Shown in pieces: positions 39,123-47,804 of a stretch of DNA of 64,000 nucleotides (within the stretch, counting starts at the first letter, position 1; each line of letters opens with the position of its first letter). The DNA lies in the NCBI GenBank assembly GCA_963719315.1, contig CAVRBU010000003.1, forward strand, positions 160,001 to 224,000, in the 5' to 3' direction. Source of the DNA: an uncultured Planctomycetota bacterium. Its GTDB lineage: Bacteria; Planctomycetota; Planctomycetia; Pirellulales; Lacipirellulaceae. The notes under the pieces were generated by a model. The model was not told the DNA's origin and did not search any database. It saw nothing but the letters and a program-made list of their open reading frames with translations. The position numbers were made by a program, and so were the translations under genes.

Positions 39123-39521
39123 TCATGATCGAACCACGTTCTGGAAACAGAGCGCGTACCCATCGGGATCCTTCACGAAGAGTTGATTCAAGCCATAAAA
39201 TGCGACTTTTGGCGGATCGAGGCTGAGGCCGGCCGCCCGGAATTCGGCGAAGAGTGCGTCGGCATCGTCGCACAGGAAGAAAAACTCCACGCCTCTGCCC
39301 CGCCCAGCTGCAGGCCCGTCTTCCCCGCTCGCTTCCTGGAGCATAACTGCCGACCCGCCGCGTTCGACCCAGCACCACTGTAGCTTGCCGTCGGGACGCC
39401 ACGAGTCAGTCATCGTGAAACCTAACGACTCGCAATAGAATGCGGCGGATCGCTCAATGTCCTTAACGAAGAGCAGGGGTACAACCTGCTGAATGACAGC
39501 GGTGTTTTCGACGGTGTTCAT
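39123..39521 (-). CDS. VOC/glyoxalase/bleomycin-resistance family protein
   Basis: VPLLFVKDIERSAAFYCESLGF, FYG..QLFVKDPDGY; 4-nt overlap with the mqnE stop. Confidence 0.9.
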   Translation of the reverse strand: MNTVENTAVIQQVVPLLFVKDIERSAAFYCESLGFTMTDSWRPDGKLQWCWVERGGSAVMLQEASGEDGPAAGRGRGVEFFFLCDDADALFAEFRAAGLSLDPPKVAFYGLNQLFVKDPDGYALCFQNVVRS

Positions 39522-40654
39522 GTTGCAACCCTAATTGCCGCAGCCGCCCGCCAGCGCGTGCCCTCGCGCTCCACGCGGTGATACAGTGTATCGCGTTCCA
39601 CCGGCTCGCGGCCGGCTTCGGTAATCAGCCGGCGGATCGCTTCGACTGATAGTACTTCCGGCGTCGTCGCGCCGGCGTCGTGATAGATGAGCTCGTGCCG
39701 TACGGTGCCATCGAGATCATCGGCCCCATACGACAGGGCAACTTGCGCCGTACCGATGCCGAGCATGATCCAATACGCCTTGATGTGCGCGATGTTATCC
39801 AGCATCAGCCGGCTCACGGCCATTACCCGCAGGTCCATCAGACTCGTGGGCTTCTTAATGTGCGAGAGGCCCGTGTTATCGGGGTGGAACGCCAGTGGGA
39901 TGAACGTCTGGAAGCCGCCCGTTTCGTCTTGCAGTTCGCGAAGGCGGATGAGGTGGTCAATCCGATGGTATGGCTGCTCGATGTGGCCGTAGAGCATCGT
40001 GCAGTTGGAACGCAGGCCCAACTCGTGAGCCGTGCGATGCGTTTCGAACCAGCGGCGCGCATCGGCCTTGTGCTCACAAATCTGATTGCGGACCTCGGGA
40101 TGAAAAATCTCCGCCCCGCCGCCGGGCAGGCTGCCGAGGCCCGCTTCGACCATGTCTTCCAGCACTTCGCGCACACTCTTTTTGGAAAGCCGGCAGAACC
40201 AATCGATCTCGACGGGCGTCCACGCTTTGAGGTGCAGCTCGGGGTACATTTCGTGCAGCAGGCGGATGACGTTGAGGTACCAATCGTACTTCATCTGGTG
40301 GTGCAGGCCGCCGACGATGTGCATCTCGGTGCAACCGTTCTCCACCGCCTCGCCGCCGCGGGCCAGAATCTGCTCGTCGCTCATCATGTACCCTTTCGGG
40401 TCGCGCAGATCGGAGCGAAACGCACAGAACACGCAGCGATACACGCACACGTTCGTGGGGTTGAGGTGCGTGTTGATGTTGTAGTAGGCCGCGTTGCCGT
40501 TCTTGCGCTCGCGCACGAAGTTGGCCAGCTCACCCACTTCCGGCAGCGGCGCATCGGGCCGTTCGAGCGCGAGGCCATCTTCGAGCGTAAGCCGCTCGCC
40601 GGCTTCGATTTTTTCGCGAACGGGGTTCAGAATGGGAGTAAACGTCCGTAACAT
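39518..40654 (-). CDS. mqnE: Aminofutalosine synthase (radical SAM)
   Basis: NPTNVCVYRCVFCAF (CxxxCxxC), EMHIVGG, LPGGGAEIF, FIPLAFHP, HIKAYW. Confidence 0.95.
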   Translation of the reverse strand: MLRTFTPILNPVREKIEAGERLTLEDGLALERPDAPLPEVGELANFVRERKNGNAAYYNINTHLNPTNVCVYRCVFCAFRSDLRDPKGYMMSDEQILARGGEAVENGCTEMHIVGGLHHQMKYDWYLNVIRLLHEMYPELHLKAWTPVEIDWFCRLSKKSVREVLEDMVEAGLGSLPGGGAEIFHPEVRNQICEHKADARRWFETHRTAHELGLRSNCTMLYGHIEQPYHRIDHLIRLRELQDETGGFQTFIPLAFHPDNTGLSHIKKPTSLMDLRVMAVSRLMLDNIAHIKAYWIMLGIGTAQVALSYGADDLDGTVRHELIYHDAGATTPEVLSVEAIRRLITEAGREPVERDTLYHRVEREGTRWRAAAAIRVAT

Positions 40655-40663
40655 GAATTTAAA

Positions 40664-41464
40664 TCAGTTTGCGGCTAATGTTTTCACGACATCCTGGGAA
40701 AGTTCACGAAATGTGTACGATTGCTTGGGGAGCAGGCTGAATTGATAAATGAACCGAGTAAGAGCATGTTGGAATCCCAGGCAAACAAATGCAGTGCCAA
40801 ACATCACCATGAATGTCGTAATGGCTACCGCGAAGATGGGATCAGCGTGACCGATCATCCGTGGCAGTAACAAGGTGCCTAGTAGAAACTGAAACGCAAT
40901 CACAAGTGGTATGGCCAATAACGTCATTATCGAAACCAGATTATCGTTGCAACGAATACGACGATACAAAGTTCCCCTACCACATGTGAGGAGGTGTAAG
41001 TACGAGACAAACTCACTTAATTGGCGACCATGAAGTCTTTCTAAGACTCTTGTACTTGGCGAAATTCGAACACCTAGTGGATCAACTTGACTAACGATTT
41101 CCTCCAAAGCATAGAATGCTCCTGCAGTTTCGCATGTCTGGCCAAAGACCGTTGTAGGCTTCACACCGATGGCGATGTAGTTCTCACTAATAAACAATGC
41201 TAGGTCTTTGAAGGTACAACTTTCTCGTGCAGGTTGAACTCGATCACTGAACTTTGGCACTAACTTCTGGCCGCCTGCACGATGGGGAAAAACGGTCTCT
41301 AGCTCTTCACAAAGGATTTCGAAATCGTCGACATCGGGGACGACACTTGCAATGGACTGATCCCAATCGAACTCCGACTTGATGGATAGCTCACTCTCAA
41401 GCAAAACTCGAACAACCCATCCAATTTGCTCCGCGGCAGTGCCATGCACAGACTCGTTACGCAT
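40664..41464 (-). CDS. AT-rich hypothetical membrane protein inserted in the mqn operon
   Basis: Long ORF co-oriented with the operon, two C-terminal TM helices, visibly lower GC; start 41464 or 41494. Confidence 0.75.
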   Translation of the reverse strand: MRNESVHGTAAEQIGWVVRVLLESELSIKSEFDWDQSIASVVPDVDDFEILCEELETVFPHRAGGQKLVPKFSDRVQPARESCTFKDLALFISENYIAIGVKPTTVFGQTCETAGAFYALEEIVSQVDPLGVRISPSTRVLERLHGRQLSEFVSYLHLLTCGRGTLYRRIRCNDNLVSIMTLLAIPLVIAFQFLLGTLLLPRMIGHADPIFAVAITTFMVMFGTAFVCLGFQHALTRFIYQFSLLPKQSYTFRELSQDVVKTLAAN

Positions 41465-41509
41465 CCTTTGTTCTCCTGTAACTGCAGTTTTCAAAGGCTG
41501 AGAGTAGTA

Positions 41510-42556
41510 TCACCCACCGCCCCCCCACAGGTCCAGGCACCCGACGATGAACAGCCCGATGCTAATCACCGCATTTACGTTAAAAAACGCGGCATTTACG
41601 CGGGAGAGATCGTCTGGCCGCACCAGCAGGTGTTCGTAGATCAAGAGCACGGCGACGGCCGCCACGCCGGTCCAGAAAATCCAGCCGAAGAGTGGATACA
41701 CCAGCGGCAGGCACGCGAGCAACACGATCGTCAGCAAATGACAGACGGCGGCCAGCCGCAATGCGCCCGGAATTCCGAGTGCGACCGGAATGCTATGCAG
41801 CCCGGACCCACGGTCGTAATCGTAATCCTGGCAGGCGTAGATAATGTCGAACCCGGCGACCCAGGTAAGCACCGCCCCGCCGAGCACAATCGCAGGCAGC
41901 AGATCAGAAGGACGTGCCATAGTCACTTGCCCGCGAATCGCAATCCACGTCGCGACGGGCGAGAGCGCAAGGGCGGTGCCCAGCCAAAAGTGGGCGAGTG
42001 CTGTAAATCGCTTGGCATAACTGTACCCCGCCAAAAACACAAGCACTGGAACGGATAGAAACAATGGCAGCCGATTGGGCAAGAATAGCAGCGTACTCGT
42101 CACGAAACCAATCGCACAAAACGCGGTAAACACACCGACTTGCTGCACGCTCAAGATCTGTCCCGGCAAGTGCCGCCCCGCCGTCCGGGGATTTTTCGCG
42201 TCCAGTCGGTGGTCCGCCAACCGATTCCACGCCATCGCAAAACTTCGTGCCGTCGCCATACACAGCAAGATACCAAGGACTTCCTGCCAACGAATCGAAA
42301 ATCCATGCCATTTTGGATTACCCGCACACCCATAAGATTCAACCATTTGATTTGTAATTAAGTCCAAGAGCGCATCTACTGATGCGCCCTGAATTGATCC
42401 GCCTTTTTGCATGCCAGTTCGGACTATTTGGTCCAACGTGTGTTGATACGTCTGCAGCCGCCACGCCATCACCGCTGCCAACAGCGCAAACGGCAGCGCA
42501 AAGAGCGTATGGCTGAAGCGAACGAGCTCCAAAAGATGGCGAATAGTGCGGAACAT
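41510..42556 (-). CDS. mqnP: UbiA-family polyprenyltransferase of the futalosine pathway (MqnP)
   Basis: RFSHTLFALPFA, ARSFAMAWNRLAD..DAKNPRT, YSYAKRFT, GFDIIYACQD, AFFNVN. Confidence 0.92.
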   Translation of the reverse strand: MFRTIRHLLELVRFSHTLFALPFALLAAVMAWRLQTYQHTLDQIVRTGMQKGGSIQGASVDALLDLITNQMVESYGCAGNPKWHGFSIRWQEVLGILLCMATARSFAMAWNRLADHRLDAKNPRTAGRHLPGQILSVQQVGVFTAFCAIGFVTSTLLFLPNRLPLFLSVPVLVFLAGYSYAKRFTALAHFWLGTALALSPVATWIAIRGQVTMARPSDLLPAIVLGGAVLTWVAGFDIIYACQDYDYDRGSGLHSIPVALGIPGALRLAAVCHLLTIVLLACLPLVYPLFGWIFWTGVAAVAVLLIYEHLLVRPDDLSRVNAAFFNVNAVISIGLFIVGCLDLWGGGG

Positions 42557-42559
42557 CTT

Positions 42560-42618
42560 GATTTCGGACTGCGGATTTCGGATTGTGGATTCAATCGAAT
42601 TAATCCGCAATCCGCAAC
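42560..42618. repeat. Inverted heptamer arrays (GATTKCG)n ... (AATCCGC)n
   Basis: GATTTCGGACTGCGGATTTCGGATTGTGGATT ... AATCCGCAATCCGCAA fills the ubiX-mqnP spacer. Confidence 0.8.
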
Positions 42619-43267
42619 TATTCGGTTCCCCAGCGTTTCGTGAGCGTATGCTCCACGCCAATTTGGTCGCAAATGCGGGCCACCACGAAGTCGACCAAAT
42701 CGGCCGCCGATTTTACACCGTGGTACCAACCCGGCGATGCCGGCAGCACGACCGCCCCGGCTTCCGTCACACGCCGCATGTTATCAATGTGCGCCAACGA
42801 CAACGGCGTCTCGCGCGGCACGAGCACCAACGTGCGCCGTTCCTTCAAATGCACCTCGGCCGCCCGCTGAATGAGATTGCTCGCCGCCCCACAGGCTACG
42901 GCGCTTAGCGTCGTGCCACTGCATGGGCAGATCACCATTCCATCAGTGAGGTACGACCCGCTCGCCATCGGGGCCATGAAATCCTGGTGACGGAAATAGT
43001 GGACTTCACCTACAGAACCCTCTCTGCCTGGGAGAGCGCAGGGTGAGGGTGTCTTGGCCAGCGAAAAATCATCGGGCAACCGCAACTGCTTGACATCGAA
43101 CCGATCCAAATCGATATCTAGCTTTAGCTCTTGTCGAATTACTTCGCGCCCGGACGAACTAATCGACAAGTGCACATCGCGCCCCGCAGGCGCAGCGCGT
43201 CCAGCAACCGCACGGCGTAAACCGCCCCGCTAGCGCCGGTAATGCCAAGAACGATAGGATGACCCAT
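42618..43267 (-). CDS. ubiX: Flavin prenyltransferase UbiX (frameshift near 43190)
   Basis: N-terminus MGHPIVLGITGASGAVYAVRLL from ATG 43267 is one base out of frame with ..ASGS..CPCSGTTL..NLIQRAAEVHLKERR..PRETP. Confidence 0.9.
43018..43049 (-). repeat. Palindromic CCCTCACCC..CTCTCCC..GAGAGGG element inside ubiX
   Basis: 26/32 identical to 53680-53711; encodes PSPCALPGREG. Confidence 0.75.
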
Positions 43268-43407
43268 TTATGAGCAAGATATCAGTGTGCCTTGCCCTTG
43301 CCGCTCGGGGCATGGGCATGCTGGTCGACGCAGAAACATGCTCACTCCGCCGAGCCGGCGAGAGCAAGCCACTCTCGCTTCATCTGACTCTGGCTAACAG
43401 CTAGGAG

Positions 43408-44139
43408 CTAACAAGCCTTCTTCCCCACATAAAGTGTAGCCACGCCCAAAGTCAGCGGATACCGCCGGATTTCCGTCAGTCCGGCAGCACGCATTCGCTC
43501 GGCCAGCGCCTCGCCCTGCGGAAACTCGCCCACGCTTTCGGGCAGATACGCGTACGCGTCGGCCGAATCGCGGGCGAAGAAGCGGCCAATTCGCGGCAGG
43601 ACATTCCGGAAATACCAACCATAAATCGCTTTGAACGGTTGCCATGTCGGCGTTGAAAACTCCAACACGGCAACGTGGCCGCCCGGCGCGCAGGCCCGCG
43701 TCATTTCCGCAAGACCGCGGTCCGTATCTGCCACGTTACGGAGACCGAACGCCACGCACACAATCTGGAACGAATCACTCGCCACCGGCAGTGCCTGGGC
43801 ATCGGCCTCGATGAATTCGATTCGCGCATCGGCCCCGATCTTCGCCGCTTTCTGCCGACCGATCTCCAACATCTCGTGGCAAAAGTCGCCAGCCACGATC
43901 GATACCTTACCGCTGGCCGCGCGGTCGTAGGCCAGCGCCAAGTCGCCCGTGCCAGTACACACATCGAGAATCGGCAGAGGCCGGGTACCCGCTTGAGTGT
44001 GCGGCGGCACCAGCCGCACCGTACGCCACCGCCAATAGCGATCGATGCCCAGCGACAGCAGGTGATTCAAAAAATCATACCGACCGGCAATCCGGCCAAA
44101 CATTTGGCGAACACGGTCCGACGACTTGTCAACGGGCAT
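43408..44139 (-). CDS. menG: Demethylmenaquinone methyltransferase (UbiE/MenG)
   Basis: VRQMFGRIAGRYDFLNHLLSLG, LDVCTGTGD, AFGLRNV, YAYLPESV. Confidence 0.94.
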   Translation of the reverse strand: MPVDKSSDRVRQMFGRIAGRYDFLNHLLSLGIDRYWRWRTVRLVPPHTQAGTRPLPILDVCTGTGDLALAYDRAASGKVSIVAGDFCHEMLEIGRQKAAKIGADARIEFIEADAQALPVASDSFQIVCVAFGLRNVADTDRGLAEMTRACAPGGHVAVLEFSTPTWQPFKAIYGWYFRNVLPRIGRFFARDSADAYAYLPESVGEFPQGEALAERMRAAGLTEIRRYPLTLGVATLYVGKKAC

Positions 44140-44151
44140 GTCGAAGATTCT

Positions 44152-44180
44152 AACCACAGAGGGCACGGAGGACACGGAGG
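44152..44180 (+). repeat. Single 9-mer microsatellite arm (AACCACAGAG GGCACGGAG GACACGGAG)
   Basis: Same family as the outer arms at 9745 and 45062; lies in the menG/comB divergent spacer. Confidence 0.7.
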
Positions 44181-44210
44181 GATGCCGAAAGTTTACGGTG
44201 AGAACATTGC

Positions 44211-44978
44211 ATGCTTGAACAGGTCAATGTCCATTATCTACCGAGCCACGTGGCTGAAGATGCGCTCGCTGGAAGTGCGGTTGTTGTAATCGATCTTCTC
44301 CGGGCGACCACAACGATTTGCCAGGCACTAGCGTCGGGCGCCCGTGAGGTCGTACCCTTCCGCGAGATCGATGAAACGCTCTCCGCCGCCGCGAAAATCG
44401 GCCGCGATCAAGTCGTGCTCGGCGGCGAACGTGGTGGAAAGCGAATCGAGGGTTTCGATCTGGGCAACTCACCGAGTGAGTACACGTCCGAGCGGATAAA
44501 GGGCCGCCCCGTATTCATCACCACGACCAACGGGACGCAAGCACTTCACCACGCTCGGCTGGCGCGGCGAGTATTCATCGGCGCAATTCTGAACCTCTCC
44601 GCCGTCATCGCATCTATTAAGGATGAGCCTCGAATCGATATTCTATGCGCCGGCACCGGAGGTCAAGAAACCCATGAAGATATTCTGGCGGCCGGCGCGA
44701 TCGTCCACCAACTCAGTAAGCTGCCTAATGTAAACGATTTTCAACTAAACGATTCAGCGGCACTCGCCGGGGGCCAGTGGAGTCTTGTGCTTACAAAGGC
44801 CAAGCTTGCAGGCCGTACGGTGCAGGAAGAATTAACAATGCAACTTCGCGACACCCTCGGCGGCCGCAACCTCATCGAAGTCGGCCTCGAAAGCGACCTC
44901 GCCGATTGTGCGGCAATCGATAAACTAAACATTGCGCCGAAGCTGGATGTGCCCAACTGGGGAATCACCGTCCCCTAA
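44211..44978 (+). CDS. comB: 2-phosphosulfolactate phosphatase family protein
   Basis: VVIDLLRATTTI, GGERGG..GFDLGNSP, TTTNGT, EDILAAGA. Confidence 0.92.
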   Translation: MLEQVNVHYLPSHVAEDALAGSAVVVIDLLRATTTICQALASGAREVVPFREIDETLSAAAKIGRDQVVLGGERGGKRIEGFDLGNSPSEYTSERIKGRPVFITTTNGTQALHHARLARRVFIGAILNLSAVIASIKDEPRIDILCAGTGGQETHEDILAAGAIVHQLSKLPNVNDFQLNDSAALAGGQWSLVLTKAKLAGRTVQEELTMQLRDTLGGRNLIEVGLESDLADCAAIDKLNIAPKLDVPNWGITVP

Positions 44979-45061
44979 CTACAAAATAACCCGCGCTGGA
45001 CGCTTGCCAACAATCAGCGGTAAAATACCTCGCACACATAACTAAGAAGATCCAAGGCGAT

Positions 45062-45229
45062 TTAACCACGGAGAGTACGAAGAACACGGAGGAATGTAAA
45101 AGCAATTTGTCATTGCAAATTTGTCATTTGTCATTTGGCCATATCCGAAATCTCCAATTTCAAATGACAAATTTGCAATGGCAAATCATATCTTTACTTC
45201 TCCGTGTTCTCCGTGCTCTCCGTGGTGAA
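45062..45229. repeat. Nested inverted microsatellite cassette upstream of glyQS
   Basis: Outer arms 45062-45092 / 45199-45229 (27/31 complementary); inner arms 45105-45130 / 45161-45186 (25/26 complementary). Confidence 0.88.
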
Positions 45230-45257
45230 TCCGCCTGCAAATAAACGAGCATGCACC

Positions 45258-46712
45258 ATGGACATGGACAAACTAGTCGCCCTCTGCCGCCGCCGCGGGT
45301 TCTTATTTCAATCGAGCGAAATCTACGGCGGCCTCAATGGCTTCTGGGACTACGGCCCGCTCGGCGTCGAACTGAAGCGCAACATCAAAGAAGCCTGGTG
45401 GCGCGACATGATCACCGGCCACAACGAACTGGTGAAGTCGCCCGGCGCCCCCTCGACCTACGAAATGGTCGGTCTCGATGCCTCGATTATCATGCACCCG
45501 CAGGTGTGGAAATGCTCAGGGCACTACGACTTGTTTCACGACATGATGGTCGACTGCAAAGCGTGCAAAGGGCGGTGGCGGGCCGATCACCTGCAATCGG
45601 CCGAGTGTCCGCAAAAGCCCAGCAAGCGCCCGGGCGAATTCGAAAAATGTAGTCTTACCGAGCCGCGTGAATTCAACCTGATGTTCAAAACGATCGTCGG
45701 CGCGATGGGCGGCGAAGAGGACGCCGCGTTCCTACGCCCCGAAACGGCCCAAGGCATCTTCGTCAATTTCAAAAACGTCTGCGACAGCACGCGCGTGAGA
45801 ATTCCGTTCGGCATCGCCCAGATCGGCAAAAGCTTTCGCAACGAAATCACGCCCCGAAACTTCACGTTCCGCTCGCGCGAGTTCGAGCAGATGGAGATCG
45901 AATTCTTCTGCCACCCGACGACCTCGCGAAAGTGGTACGAATACTGGCGCGACCGCCGCATGGCGTGGTACAAGAATCTCGGACTCGCTGGCGAACGGCT
46001 ACGCCTCCGCGAACACGATAAGGATGAACTTAGCCACTACTCGGTTGGCACTGCCGATATCGAGTATGCGTTCCCGTTTCTCTCCGCCGGCGAGTATGGC
46101 GAACTGGAAGGCATCGCCCATCGAGGCGATTTCGACCTTCGCAGTCACATGGAAGGCAAGCTTGTGAAGAACGCCGAGGGTTGCCTGGAAGTTGAGCTCG
46201 ACGCCGACGGCAAACCAAAACACCGCGGCAGCGGCCGCGACCTCACCTACCGTGACGATATCACCAACGAACGCTTCACGCCCCACGTGATCGAGCCAAG
46301 TGCCGGTGCCGACCGCGGCACGCTCGCGTTCCTGTGCGAGGCCTATCACGAAGATCAGGCCCCCGATGACAAAGGCGACATGCAAACCCGCACCGTGATG
46401 AAATTCCACCCGCGGATCGCACCGGTGAAGGTGGCCGTCTTTCCGCTCGTGAAAAAAGACGGCATGCCCGATGCCGCGAAGGAGATTTACACCGCCCTCA
46501 AACGCCGCTTCGTCACGTTCTACGATGAAAAGGGCGCCGTCGGCCGCCGCTACCGCCGCCAGGACGAAGCCGGCACGCCGTTCTGCATCACCGTCGACGG
46601 TCAGACCCTGCAAGACGGCACTGTCACCATCCGCGACCGCGACTCGCTCGAACAATGGCGCTGCAAATCGGCGGACGTGGTCGAAGAAATCGCAAAGCGG
46701 GTCGAAAGCTAG
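45258..46712 (+). CDS. glyQS: Glycine--tRNA ligase (alpha2 type)
   Basis: EIYGGLNGFWDYGPLG, LRPETAQGIF, GKSFRNEITP..FRSREFEQME, VIEPSAG, GRRYRRQDEAGTP. Confidence 0.97.
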   Translation: MDMDKLVALCRRRGFLFQSSEIYGGLNGFWDYGPLGVELKRNIKEAWWRDMITGHNELVKSPGAPSTYEMVGLDASIIMHPQVWKCSGHYDLFHDMMVDCKACKGRWRADHLQSAECPQKPSKRPGEFEKCSLTEPREFNLMFKTIVGAMGGEEDAAFLRPETAQGIFVNFKNVCDSTRVRIPFGIAQIGKSFRNEITPRNFTFRSREFEQMEIEFFCHPTTSRKWYEYWRDRRMAWYKNLGLAGERLRLREHDKDELSHYSVGTADIEYAFPFLSAGEYGELEGIAHRGDFDLRSHMEGKLVKNAEGCLEVELDADGKPKHRGSGRDLTYRDDITNERFTPHVIEPSAGADRGTLAFLCEAYHEDQAPDDKGDMQTRTVMKFHPRIAPVKVAVFPLVKKDGMPDAAKEIYTALKRRFVTFYDEKGAVGRRYRRQDEAGTPFCITVDGQTLQDGTVTIRDRDSLEQWRCKSADVVEEIAKRVES

Positions 46713-46713
46713 T

Positions 46714-46766
46714 GTAGCCATCTCGCTCCGCGAGATGAATTTTCTCTCGCGGAGCGAGAGAACTAC
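46714..46766. repeat. GTAG-type REP doublet between convergent genes
   Basis: GTAGCCATCTCGCTCCGCGAGATG ... TTCTCTCGCGGAGCGAGAGAACTAC. Confidence 0.8.
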
Positions 46767-46767
46767 A

Positions 46768-47586
46768 TTACCAACCGCCGCCCAGCCGCGTCGCCAATTG
46801 GTCGAGCTGACCTTTGAGATTCGTGAGCAACACGTGCGGGCTGGAGCCGCGCGCCAATTCGGCATAGAACGCCGGAGCGCCGCCGCCCGCTCGCATCGTC
46901 GTGAGCACTTCAGCCGTCTGCTGCAACTGGCCGAGGCGGGCGTGAACATCTTGCAACTTGCCGGCCGCATAGCGACTGTGCCGCCAGAGTCGCGATACGA
47001 CGAGCACCAGGCCCAGGATCAGCGTCCCTTGGCCGCCGAGCGCCAGACCGAGCGACAGGTTCCAATAGACCATGATCTTCGTCGCTAGCGACCACGCTAT
47101 CAGCGAAACGCCGCCGGCGAGTGCGAGCGATCCGGTAAGCACGATGAACCAGGCCAAAATTTGGCTGCTCTCACTGCGTCGCGATTGCAATACCGCATTC
47201 GCCGCGGCGGAATTGGGATTTGGTGTGATAGGTGCTGCTGGTGTTAAATCGAATTGGCCGAACAAGTCTTGCGGTGGTTCGAAGCGGCGGCGATTTGTAT
47301 TCGCGGAAGCCGCCGACTTGATTGCAACGATGCCGGGCCGCCTCAATTCGCGCGCCACGTTGCGGACGCGTTGTCGTGCCTGCCAGTCGTCCTTGCGAAG
47401 CGGCGACACGGTCGCCGCAACTGCTGGCGCGGCCTGCTCGTCAAGCGCGATGCCCTCATCGCAGACCCGTGCCGATTGCATCAACTTCTTCCCGCGAACC
47501 GGTTGCTGGCAGCGCGAGCAAACGACTCGACCGCTGGTCGCATGGGCCACGCCGGGTGTATCTTGCTGGCACGTGCTACACCACAT
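46768..47586 (-). CDS. Planctomycete membrane protein with an N-terminal zinc ribbon
   Basis: MWCSTCQQD..CSRC, two TM helices, C-terminal coiled coil and LLTNLKGQLD. Confidence 0.8.
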   Translation of the reverse strand: MWCSTCQQDTPGVAHATSGRVVCSRCQQPVRGKKLMQSARVCDEGIALDEQAAPAVAATVSPLRKDDWQARQRVRNVARELRRPGIVAIKSAASANTNRRRFEPPQDLFGQFDLTPAAPITPNPNSAAANAVLQSRRSESSQILAWFIVLTGSLALAGGVSLIAWSLATKIMVYWNLSLGLALGGQGTLILGLVLVVSRLWRHSRYAAGKLQDVHARLGQLQQTAEVLTTMRAGGGAPAFYAELARGSSPHVLLTNLKGQLDQLATRLGGGW

Positions 47587-47751
47587 TCGACTGCCTTTTT
47601 CGATCTTGATCCGTGCTCGTAGCAAGCGATGCCACTGCGCGGAATGCCTCCGACACCGCGCACTCGCGACATTGATATCGGCACCGCACTGCGCGAAACT
47701 GTAACGATTCGGCAAGAGATGCGGCCCGCCTTTTCAGACGCTAATAGCCAA

Positions 47752-47804
47752 TAGCGGCGATGCTACGCATCGCAGGGGCCCGGCGAAGCGCAGCATCGCG
47801 GCTA
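47752..47804. repeat. Degenerate TAGCCGCGATGC-type REP doublet
   Basis: Two inverted imperfect copies of the palindrome at 53238; overlaps the cytochrome b-c stop codon. Confidence 0.6.

Noticed and set aside
44211..44978. Coenzyme M biosynthesis
   Set aside because: ComB homologues are widespread in bacteria and no comA or comC is present here
44979..45257. T-box riboswitch upstream of glyQS
   Set aside because: No T-box consensus (TGGNACC in an antiterminator) seen; the structure is explained by nested microsatellite arms also found at non-synthetase loci
45204..45257. ORF-track N-terminal extensions of glyQS, and likewise rnhA (30971), mqnP (42661), menG (44175) and larB (54119)
   Set aside because: They translate repeat DNA or overlap neighbouring genes; conserved sequence begins at downstream ATGs
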